64,000 nt of DNA from assembly GCA_026770705.1 (NCBI GenBank), contig JANJGN010000007.1:141980001-142044000 (forward strand), given 5' to 3'. Source of the stretch: Isurus oxyrinchus. Lineage: Eukaryota. Positions 26,585 through 35,467 of this stretch are shown one piece after another. A program made the position numbers and the translations under genes. Positions within the stretch are counted from its first letter, which is position 1. Each line of letters starts with the position of its first letter. The notes under the pieces are model-generated. The model saw nothing but the letters and a program-made list of their open reading frames with translations. It ran no database searches and was not told the origin of the DNA.

Positions 26585-29500
26585 TGAGTCTGTGTGTGTG
26601 TGTGAGTGCGTCTGTGTTTGTGTGTGTGTGTGTTTGTGGGTCAGTGTGTGTGTGTAGGAGAGTGCGTCTGTCTGTGTGTGTAGGAGAGTGCGTCTGTCTG
26701 TCTGTGTCTGGGAGACTGCGTCTGTCTGTGTGTGGGAGAGTGGGTCTGTCTGTGTGGGAGAGTGCGTTTGTGTGTGTGTGTGTGGGAGAGTGCGTTTGTG
26801 TGTGTGTGTGTGGGAGACTGCGTCTGTGTGTGTGTGTGTGTGGGGGAGTGCGTCTGTGTGGGGGAGTGCGTCTGTGTGTGTGGGTGTGGGGGAGTGCGTG
26901 TGTGGGTGTGGGGGAGTGCATCTGTGTGTATGGGTGTGGGGGAGTGCGTCTGTGTGTGTGGGGGAGTGCGTCTGTGTGTGTGTGTTGGAGAGTGCATCTG
27001 TGTGTGTGTGTGTTGGAGAGTGCGTCTGTGTGGGTGTGGGGGAGTGCGTCTGTGTGGGTGTGGGGGAGTGCATCTGTGTGTGTGGGTGTGGGGGAGTGCG
27101 TCTGTGTGTGTGGGTGTGGGGGAGTGCGTCTGTGTGTGTGGGTGTGGGGGAGTGCGTCTGTGTGTGTGGGTGTGGGGGAGTGCGTCTGTGTGTGTGGGTG
27201 TGGGGGAGGGCGTCTGTGTGTGTGTGTGTTGGAGAGTGCATTTGTGTGTGTGTGTGTTGGAGAGTGCGTGTGTGTGNNNNNNNNNNNNNNNNNNNNNNNN
27301 NNNNNNNNNNNNNNNNNNNNNNNNNNNNNNNNNNNNNNNNNNNNNNNNNNNNNNNNNNNNNNNNNNNNNNNNNNNNNNNNNNNNNNNNNNNNNNNNNNNN
27401 NNNNNNNNNNNNNNNNNNNNNGTGAGTGCGTCTGTGTTTGTGTGTGTGTGTGTGTTTGTGGGTCAGTGTGTGTGTGTGTCTGGGAGACTGCGTCTGTCTG
27501 TGTGTTGGAGAGTGCGTCTGTCTGTGTGGGAGAGTGCGTTTGTGTGTGTGTCTGTGGGAGACTGCGTCTGTGTGTGTGTGTGGGGGGGGGAGTGCGTCTG
27601 TGTGGGGGAGTGCGTCTGTGTGTGGGTGTGGGGGAGTGCGTGTGTGGGTGTGGGGGAGTGCGTCTGTGTGTATGGGTGTGGGGGAGTGCGTCTGTGTGTG
27701 GGGGGAGTGCGTCTGTGTGTGTGTGTGTGTTGGAGAGTGCATCTGTGTGTGTGTGTGTTGGAGAGTGCGTCTGTGTGGGTGTGGGGGAGTGCGTCTGTGT
27801 GTGTGGGTGTGGGGGAGTGCGTCTGTGTGTGTGGGTGTGGGGGAGTGCGTCTGTGTGTGTGGGTGTGGGGGAGTGCGTCTGTGTGTGTGGGTGTGGGGGA
27901 GTGCGTCTGTGTGTGGGTGTGGGGGAGGGCGTCTGTGTGTGTGGGGGAGTGTGTCTGTGTGTGTGTTTGTGGGGGAATGCGTCTGTGTGTGTGTGTGTGT
28001 TGGAGAGTGCGTCTGTTTTTGTGTGTGTGTTGGAGAGTGCGTGTGTGTGTGTGTTGGAGAGTGCGTGTGTGTGTTGGAGAGTGCCTTCTGTGTGTGTGTG
28101 TTGGAGAGTGCCTTCTGTGTGTGTGTGTTGGAGAGTGCGTCTGTGTGTGTGTTGGAGAGTGCGTCTGTGTGTGTGTGTTGGAGAGTGCATCTGTGTGTGT
28201 GTGTGTGTGTTGGAGAGTGCGTCTGTGTGTGTGTGTGTGAAAGTGCGTCTGTGTATGTGTGTGAGTGCGTCTGTGTTTGTGTGTGTGGGAGAGTGCGTCT
28301 GTGTGTGTGTTTGTGGGACAGTGCATCTGTGTGTGTGTGTGTGTGTGTAGGCGGGAGAGTACGTCTGTGTGTGTGTGTGTGGGCGGGAGAATGCGTCTGT
28401 GTGTGTGGGAGAGTGCGCGACTGTGTGTGTGTGGGAGAGTGCCCGTCTGTGTGTGTGTGTGGGAGAGTGCGCATCTGTGTGTGTGTGGGAGAGTGCGCCT
28501 CTATGTGTGTGTGTGGGAGAGTGCGCGACTGTGTGTGGGAGAGTGCGCGACTGTGTGTGTGGGAGAGTGCCCGTCTGTGTGTGTGTGGGAGAGTGCGCGT
28601 CTGTGTGTGTGTGGGAGAGTGCGCGTCTGTGTGTGTGTGGGAGAGTGCGCGTCTGTGTGTGTGTGGGAGAGTGCGTCTGTGTGTGTGTGGGAGAGTGCGC
28701 GTCTGTGTGTGTGTGGGAGAGCAAGCATCTGTGAGTGCGTGCGGGAGCGAACGTGCAGGCAGGAGAGACTGTGTGTGTATGGGAGTGAGAGTGTCAATGT
28801 GTGAGAGGGAGTGAGAATCTGCATGTGAGGCTGACTGAGTGCATGGGACTGAGTGTGTGTGTGTTGGGGGGAAATCCATTTGTATCCGAAAATGGGCCTG
28901 CTCCTTCAGGAGTGAGCCAATCCTGACAGCGGCCTCCACCCTGGCATTTCTATGCTGTTGGCTACTGGAAGTGTTCAAGATGCAGCTGCCATCGCAGTAG
29001 GATGTGGCATGTGCCAACACCTCCTCTGGAGAGAGAAGCACATTCTGAAGTTAAATCCTTCACCCCAGCACTGAGGTGCAGCCAAGTAAGCCTGCATTCC
29101 CCCAGAAAGTGCAATGTATTCTGCTTTGCAATTAATGTCCTTTCTTCCTTTGTGTTATCACAAGCTGAAATGAATCAGGCAATGGCCTCTATTATAGTGG
29201 TCGATGTGGCTCTCACATTGCAGGGTTTTTGATAAAGTGGCCCTTTGCTTGAAAAATAGTGACAATCACTGATCCTTTTGTCCTTTGCTGCCTGTATTCT
29301 TTGCTGTTCTAAGAAACACCATCGATGCTTGAGATTGCTCCCCAGGTAGTCTTTCTTGTGCATTTTCTCCCAATCTGGTGAACATGCCGCATTTCTTGAG
29401 TTTCACCTTCAAGGTGACCTTGAACCTTAAGCTTGGCCTATCTGGCAGGCAGTGTCCAAGCTTAAGCTGTGAGTACAGGACCAGCTTAGGGATTTTATCG

Positions 29501-32500
29501 TCAGTCTCAGGCACAATAGGGCAAATGGCCTCCTCCTGTGCTGTATCATTCCCACTCTGATGGGAGGGTGGATCATTCTTTAACAGGTAGCTTTTTTTGC
29601 AAACCATTTTCAGATGCAGTACTTTATTTCTTGTTAGAGATTAAATAAGCTAGTAATGAGGTTCATAAATAGACTGTCAATCTATATTGGTTTATGTTCC
29701 CAAAGCAATAGCAACTCATGATTTTTATAGCAAATTTCTTGATTTTTAAAAGTTTGTCAATTGATTTATGAAATGATGGAGTTGACATGTCTGTTACCAG
29801 CAAGGATAGCTTAAGGGTTTGATCTTTCATTTTCCCTAGATAATCATTAGATCCAGCTGGTTTCTAAACTGTAAAGTTAATTTGTTTTTACAAAGTGAGC
29901 ATGTGCAAGCACCGATTCTAATTATCATTCCATAAGCATAAAGAAAAGTTCAGCTAAAAATTTTTGGTGAGATCAGATTTTTATTAAAAATCTTTACATT
30001 ACAGTGGTGAAATCCAAGTGTCCCTCCTATGTAGGGGTCACAGGAATTATTCTACAGGAAATGAAACACATCTTCAAGATTATCACTGAGGAAAATAAGC
30101 TTAAAGGTATTGTAAATTTTGGACCTGTCCCATAAGTGTATTCCACCCTTTACAATGAAAACTTTATAGTTCCTGTCCAATATCGAGTTGCACCATAGCT
30201 TGGATCATGGTAATAAAACCCTGGAATAAATGAACAGGATAAACTCTTGCATGTTTCCATTTTTATTTTACCTTCTACATACTTTTCTGGTATATTATCT
30301 CACTGATTCATCAACTTAGACTTGGTTTATTGAGGGATAAATATTAGCCAGGACTATGGAGATAATTCCTCTGCTCCTTCTTCAGAATAGTGTCATGGCA
30401 TCTTTTGCATTCATCTGCAGGGCTCCTGTTTAAAATCTATCTGAAAGACAGCACCTCCACCAGCATAGCGCACTCTCAGTACTTCACTGGGGCATTCACC
30501 CTGATTTTTAAGCTCAAGGCCTGTATTGGGACTTGAATCCAGAACCTTGTGGCTCAGAGGTGAGAGTGCGACCAACTGAGCCATGCATGGCTGATACAGT
30601 TTCTGACCAGTTATAAAGCTTAAAAGGCAAATACTTTTTGCTCTCCTCTACATTGGAGAGACCAAACGTAAACTGGGCGACCGCTTTGCAGAACACCTGC
30701 GGTCTGTCCGCAAGAATGACCCAAACCTCCCTGTCGCTTGCCATTTTAACACTCCACCCTGCTCTCTTGCCCACATGTCTGTCCTTGGCTTGCTGCATTG
30801 TTCCAGTGAAGCCCAACGCAAACTGGAGGAACAACACCTCATCTTCCGACTAGGCACTTTACAGCCTTCCGGACTGAATATTGAATTCAACAACTTTAGG
30901 TCGTGAGCTCCCTCCCCCATCCCCACCCACTTTCTGTTTCCCCCTTCCTTTTTTTTCCAGTAAATTATAAAGATTTTCCTTTTCCCACCTATTTCCATTA
31001 TATAAATAAAAAAAACACCCCTACTAGAGCTATACCTTGAGTGCCCTACCATCCATTCTTAATTAGCACATTCGTTTAGATAATATCACCAACTTTAACT
31101 TTAACACCTATGTGTTCTATTGTACTATTGTCGATGACATCTTTTGATGATCTGCTTCTATCACTGCTTGTTTGTCCATACAACCACACACCCCCCCCAC
31201 CTCTCTCTCTCTCTATCTCTCTGCCCCCCACACACACACCTTAAACCAGCTTATATTTCAACTCTTTCTTGGAATCGAACTCAAGTTCTGTCGAAGGGTC
31301 ATGAGGACTCGAAACGTCAACTCTTTTCTTCTCCGCCGATGCTGCCAGACCTGCTGAGTTTTTCCAGGTAATTCTGTTTTTGGTTTGGATTTCCAGCATC
31401 TGCAGTTTTTTTGTTTTTATAAATACTTTTTCTTGCTAAGTCTAGCTGTTTTACAAAGCTGACTGGCCTTGTGTTTCTTTATTCTTGTTTCCTAACTGAA
31501 TAAATAAACAAGTTTGATTTCTGACATTTCCTGTGTTGGGATTGGGCAATTAAACCAGCTACCAGTGGAGTATCCTAGCAACTATCGCTCAGTGTTTGCC
31601 AAATGAATAAGCCTATCTGAAGTAAAAGCAGGAACACTGGATGAACTCAGCAGGTCTGGCAGCATCTGTGGAGAAAGGAATAGGGGAGGCAGTGATACAG
31701 TGGTATTGTCACTGGACTAGTATTCCAGAGACCCAGGGTAATGCTCTGAGGACCTGAGTTCAAATCTCACCACGGCAGATGGTGAAATTTGAATTTAAAG
31801 AAAATCTGGACTTAAAAATTTGATGACCACAAAACTATTGCCGATTATCATAAAGACTAATGTGGTCCGTTAGGGAAGGAAATTTGCCGTCCCATGAACA
31901 AATAACCTCTCTTTAGTTCCAAAGAAGAGCTCTGCTGTATTCGAAACATTAACTCTTGTTTCTCTCTCCGCAGATGCTGCTAGACCTGCTGAGTTTTTCC
32001 AACACTTTGTTTCAACTTTAGATTTCCAGCATCTGTAGTATTTTGTTATTTAAATCTATCTGAGAGATGAGTTAACACTTATTGTTGCAGTTTGAAGCGG
32101 TATATAAGTAGAAACAGTCCATAAACTGGGTTGTCTAGTTTTAATACACATCCTTTCCAGCCCTCCCTCCAGCTGAAAGTGAATTTAGACCCTACTGAGT
32201 GAAAGTAAACTTTAAAGTATCATATTATTGAAAATCATACCACGGTCCTTCTGTAACAAAATAGAGCTCAAAACAAGACAGCTTGTTATCCCCATGTGGT
32301 CAATTTAATTCTGGTAGAGCTAGCTAAAGAATAGCTCAGCTAAAATAAAGTTTAGCTTAGCCTGTTATATACAGTTATTTGTATTTAGTGCAGTGTAAGC
32401 TCGGTGTGTGAAACTAAACCTATTTTGAACTTCAAGTTTTGTAGCCATAACTTCACTCAAAGGCAGTTAACTTGAAGCCATATGTGGATAATTGATGGAT

Positions 32501-32931
32501 TGCAAAGCATAAATTAATGGTTCTGGGATGGTACAAATTCCTCAAGTTAGTGATTTGTAATCATCCCTAGATATCAATTATTCTCTGTTTTACATATAAG
32601 TTGTAAATGTTGTTATTTCATAAAACATTGCTTCTGTGGTGGTAGTGGCATCACCACCTGTCTCCCCAGCATATTTTTATTAAATTGTAACTTATGTTGT
32701 AAAGTATTCAGATACCAAAAGTATTGAAACAACTTTGAAATTGGATTTTGCACATTGTTCTAAACACTTCATTTTATTCTACTTCTGCAACTAGTTATTC
32801 CCAAGCAAAACAGTGTCTTCAGTGTGGAAATCGATGGCTTTGTTTCCTATATCTACGGCAGCAAGTTTCAACTGAGATCAAGTGAACGTTCTGCTAAGAA
32901 ATTTAAAGGGAAAGGAAGCATAGACCTTTAA
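1..32931 (+). CDS. POP4: Ribonuclease P/MRP protein subunit p29 (POP4/RPP29), complete 7-exon CDS, 221 aa
   Basis: Exons 1-10, 298-350, 1473-1696, 3275-3352, 18182-18243, 30005-30106, 32795-32931, all GT-AG and phase-compatible (666 nt). Translation [37 protein letters not shown]...[25 protein letters not shown]...[32 protein letters not shown]...[27 protein letters not shown] is recognisable as vertebrate POP4. Confidence 0.97.
436..1089. mobile_element. Non-autonomous PIF/Harbinger-type TIR element (MITE)
   Basis: Ends GGGCCGAATTTT / AAAGATCCTGCCC are imperfect inverted repeats; 3-bp AAT duplicated on both flanks. Confidence 0.65.
1473..1696 (+). CDS. POP4: POP4 exon 3
   Basis: ag|CCCCAG...CAAAG|gtag; [21 protein letters not shown]...[20 protein letters not shown]. 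Confidence 0.95.
1827..2506. mobile_element. Non-autonomous TIR element (Harbinger-like MITE)
   Basis: TIRs GGGCCATAACTTC / GAAATTATGGCCC. Confidence 0.6.
3275..3352 (+). CDS. POP4: POP4 exon 4
   Basis: ccag|ATATGAA...GACAT|gtaagt; [25 protein letters not shown]. Confidence 0.95.
4882..5278. repeat. Long inverted repeat (arms of about 95 bp), MITE-like
   Basis: AAGATTTTAAATACATTCTAGATGATG...CTTCTCA at 4882-4970 is the near-perfect reverse complement of 5190-5278. Confidence 0.8.
5528..5920 (-). mobile_element. L2-like LINE 3' fragment
   Basis: Minus-strand [17 protein letters not shown]-terminal RT-like remnant and ...TATATAAATGCAAATTGTTGTT tail; similar to 33295-33960 and 53590-54172. Confidence 0.6.
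6052..6390 (+). mobile_element. tRNA-derived SINE
   Basis: A-box-like GTGGCATCGTGG, B-box-like GGTTCAAATCCC, and tail GGGCAATAAATGCTGGCCCAGCC; related copies at about 31683-31900, 58135-58290 and 43765-43880. Confidence 0.7.
7456..8257 (-). mobile_element. Probable solo LTR
   Basis: Starts TGTTACAAT; 4-bp TSD CAGG (7452-7455 / 8258-8261); first ~100 bp resemble the reverse complement of 17800-17897. Confidence 0.55.
8671..10459 (+). mobile_element. Decayed PIF/Harbinger DNA transposon with HARBI1-like transposase remnant
   Basis: ORF 9260-9625 NFFASGSFQ...VQGII.RTHV...NRK..H.LN.QLVC..FP matches the Harbinger DDE transposase pattern; TIRs GGCTGAATTTT / AAAATTCCACC; frameshifts and stops present. 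Confidence 0.85.
11557..16720. mobile_element. RTE-clade LINE fragment with internal inversion, interrupted by CR1
   Basis: Minus strand 11557-11800: [24 protein letters not shown] plus (TGA)n tail. Plus strand 11840-11970 ([15 protein letters not shown]) and 16400-16720 ([14 protein letters not shown]). Confidence 0.65.
11972..16300 (-). mobile_element. Near full-length decayed CR1 LINE (ORF1 SGNH-esterase; ORF2 endonuclease/RT)
   Basis: [11 protein letters not shown] (ORF1), VVYRPP...IMGDFN and LLDLVL (APE), [29 protein letters not shown] (RT C-terminus); 3' ATTCTATGATTCT tail at about 11975; many stops. Confidence 0.92.
16930..17897 (+). mobile_element. Probable solo LTR
   Basis: TGTTGTGA...GGGATCATAACA ends; homologous to the 7456 element; no clear TSD. 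Confidence 0.45.
18182..18243 (+). CDS. POP4: POP4 exon 5
   Basis: tag|GCAGACA...ACGG|gtac; [20 protein letters not shown]. Confidence 0.93.
18385..18785 (+). mobile_element. CR1 3' fragment
   Basis: LFSLE..RLGGDL.QMFKI-like remnant and CR1 3' UTR/tail. Confidence 0.65.
19928..28862. repeat. Compound (GT)n-derived micro/minisatellite array with 8 assembly gaps, in POP4 intron 5
   Basis: Units of about 20-28 bp such as GGGAGTGTGCGCC(A/T)(GT)n and GGGAGAGTGCGTCT(GT)n; runs of N. Confidence 0.97.
29290..29530 (-). mobile_element. RTE LINE 3' fragment
   Basis: [16 protein letters not shown]...[16 protein letters not shown] matches the RTE C-terminal pattern. Confidence 0.6.
30005..30106 (+). 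CDS. POP4: POP4 exon 6
   Basis: cag|TGGTGAAA...AAAG|gtat; [33 protein letters not shown]. Confidence 0.95.
30325..30600 (-). mobile_element. Deu-domain SINE fragment
   Basis: Reverse complement resembles 53005-53450 (GAGTCAGAAGG head; GGAGGTGCTGTCTTTCAGAT core). Confidence 0.55.
30640..31420 (+). mobile_element. 5'-truncated Penelope-like retroelement (GIY-YIG endonuclease C-terminus plus 3' region)
   Basis: [22 protein letters not shown]...PVACHFN...[29 protein letters not shown]; 11-bp TSD AAATACTTTTT (30629-30639 / 31421-31431). Confidence 0.88.
31284..31322 (+). ncRNA. Minimal type I hammerhead-ribozyme-like motif (Penelope-associated)
   Basis: AGTT-CTGTCGA-A-GGGTC-ATGAG-GACTC-GAAAC-GTC-AACT: stem I AGTT/AACT, stem II, GAAAC core; CUGANGA box carries one substitution. 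Confidence 0.55.
32795..32931 (+). CDS. POP4: POP4 exon 7 (terminal coding exon)
   Basis: tag|TTATTCCC...CTTTAA; [44 protein letters not shown]. Confidence 0.95.
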
Positions 32932-33236
32932 ATCCAGAGCGGTGCAGCTGATGTCCAATAGCAACTGCAGTCATTGGTTTCTTGACACAGCTTCACTGGA
33001 AGAGATGTGGCCCTGTATGTTCAGTTCTATCAGCAGAAGCATGAATCGATTGTCTTGTCTGCCAGGATTTTTTTTAAGCTTGCAGCACAATTCCCTATCA
33101 GATTCCTGCACTCATTGCTGGGCAATGAAAGGATTTGTCACAACATTCAGTAAACGTCTCCAAATGTACATTATCTTTTTAGACAGTGAATTACCACATA
33201 CTGAAAACAATTTTTGTTTACGAAATGTTTGGTTTC

Positions 33237-33272
33237 ATTAAAGTTCATTAAAATATAAAAGCCAAAAATAAA
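33237..33272 (+). terminator. Candidate POP4 polyadenylation signals
   Basis: ATTAAA at 33237 and 33247, AATAAA at 33267, about 300 nt after the stop codon. Confidence 0.55.
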
Positions 33273-33294
33273 TCATTGGTAATGTTGAAAGCAC

Positions 33295-33960
33295 CAACAA
33301 CTTATATTTACATACCTTTAACATGGAAATATGACCCAGTGCACTTCACAGAGGCATAAGAAGAAATGAGACAACAAAGGAGATATTCAGAAGGAGGTGG
33401 TGCGTGACCAAAAATTTGGTCAAATAGGTAAGTTTTAAAGAAGGTGGTTTAAAATAAAAGGGAAACAGAGAGGTACAAAGAATTAACAGGATTTCCAGAG
33501 CATGAGTCCTACAGGGTTGAAGGCATAACTGCTAATAGTGGGGTGAAAAGATGGGGAGATACATAGAGGCTGGAATCCAAGAAACAGTTCAGGGAGGATT
33601 GTGATGCTGGAGAAGATCATAGAGTTGAGGGAAGAAGGAAGAATTTAAATATGCAAATATTAAGGTTGAGACATGGTAGGAGTAGGAACCAATGCAGGCC
33701 AATGAAGAAAGGAATCTCAGATGAGTGGAATTTGATGCAGGTTAGTTTATGGGCAGCAAAGTCCATAAACTGATCTGCATACAGAGGCTGCAGGTTAGGA
33801 GGCTGGCTAGAAGGAACATTAGAGCACATTTGTCTGGCGATGACATGGATGGATTGTTTCAGCAGCAGACGGGTGGAGACAGTGCTAAGATGTGCAATCT
33901 GAAGTTCAGCTCGAGTATGAGCAGGGTACCGGTCTGTTTCAGCCTGAGGCAGTGATCAGA
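33295..33960 (-). mobile_element. L2-like LINE 3' fragment
   Basis: Same tail and motif (GLHW...LNLNICIFK) as 5528-5920. Confidence 0.55.
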
Positions 33961-35313
33961 GGAGGATGGTCTTAGGTTCCGCTTCAGAAACAGAAACCTA
34001 ATATTTGACACTGCCATTGCAGTATGATCTGTCATTGCTGATTCTGAAAACTAAAGGTTACTGGGTGAGAGCAATGTGTGTCCACACCAATTAAGTAGGA
34101 ACAAGATGAGACTTGGCTCTAGCAATCTGTCACTGAATAAGGTAGCAGCACTCAATCTGGATTTCTGGGTACAATAATGGGGGAGGTCAGCACCAGTGTT
34201 CCTTGTAAAGTTTTGTTTTTTCAGTGCAAATAACTTTCAGATTGCTCCATGGCTGCATACCCCCACATAGCCTAGCGAGGACGTTGGTCAGCGCTTATGG
34301 GTCCCACCAAAAAGGCCACAGAATGCCAGAAGAGGTGCACCCTCATTATGGTGTGGACACCTGCTGAAATTATTTGCAAGGTAACCCCACCTTGACCCTG
34401 GGACACTGGTGGGGATGGGATGAACTAAGCAACATAGAATGGTACAGTTAGCAGGAGGATTTTCAGACCCAAAGTGACATTGAGCACAAGAGGCTTAAGA
34501 TTTTGCTCTTTTGGAATGGCTGGTACAGGAGGGCTGCAGAGTGCTCAGGAATGGAGATGACATGACAGCTTTGTTGAGCACCTTCCAATCTCCAGATATT
34601 ATTCTGACCTCCCTGTGACTCTGCTTCAAATTGACTCACGCCTCAACTCAAACCTCGCTGATCCTTTGGTCTTTGACTCCTACACTGTTCTAGGCAATAC
34701 TACTTTCTTCCCACTCACATTGCACCGTCTCATAATGCATCCTGTAGTTTACCTCTTTTTAGCTTAAATGAATCCATTTGCAGGCTGTAAAATCTCTGCC
34801 TTTTTTAATAGCTTACCTGTACTCTTGACATTTCCTACTGTTCTTCCTGACGATCTTTGTTTTAATTAGCTTCTCTGATTTTACTCGCGCGTGCCTGCAG
34901 GATATTTCTGGCATTTTAAGTTTTTATTTCAGATTTTAATTTATTCTATATTATATTTGCCTTTTACATGGAAATATTTCACGCAGGCGTAAGAAGAAAT
35001 GAGGCAACAAACGAGATATTCAGAAGGAGGTGGCGAGTGACCAAAAATTTGGTCAAATAGGTGAACTCTGAACTGCACAAGTTCCTTCTTCCTCCTCCCT
35101 CCCCCCTATCTACATAGTGATGTTTCATTTTAAACAAATACGATCTTGGATGAAGAGTTTGGCAAACCCTATTTTTTTATTTGTTTACTAATGCATAATG
35201 AAATGGCACAAATTATTGTCGAAATGCATCTTGCGCTTCCGAATTTGAATAAACACTCTATGAATGCGTTGCCCTGTTAATTTTTTAAAGCCTGCATCCT
35301 CCTGTGTGCTATT

Positions 35314-35338
35314 GCTTTCACTTTCACTTTCATTTTTC
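35314..35338 (-). promoter_or_regulatory. Tandem IRF-binding element / ISRE
   Basis: GCTTTCACTTTCACTTTCATTTTTC reads GAAAAATGAAAGTGAAAGTGAAAGC on the minus strand, matching the GAAAGTGAAAGT IRF-E consensus, about 80-100 bp upstream of the ATG at 35416. Confidence 0.75.
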
Positions 35339-35415
35339 GGTTAAGACGTTGAAAAATCTAGTTTACTAACCATGTACTCCTTTCACAAATCGGCTTTAAA
35401 ATAAGACATAGAACG

Positions 35416-35467
35416 ATGAATTGCTTTCCAGTGGAACTCGCTATACTTTATTTGGTTTCTTTGGCAG
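35416..35467 (+). CDS. Ig-NLR exon 1: signal peptide
   Basis: [17 protein letters not shown] then G|gtaagt (phase 1). Confidence 0.8.

Noticed and set aside
19928-28862. CRISPR-like regular repeat array
   Set aside because: The spacers are just (GT)n, not unique sequences; eukaryotic intron; no cas genes.
19751-29041. Very long ORFs (up to 1488 aa) rich in HT/CV repeats
   Set aside because: Translations of the GT satellite and N gaps; open in most frames with no protein signal.
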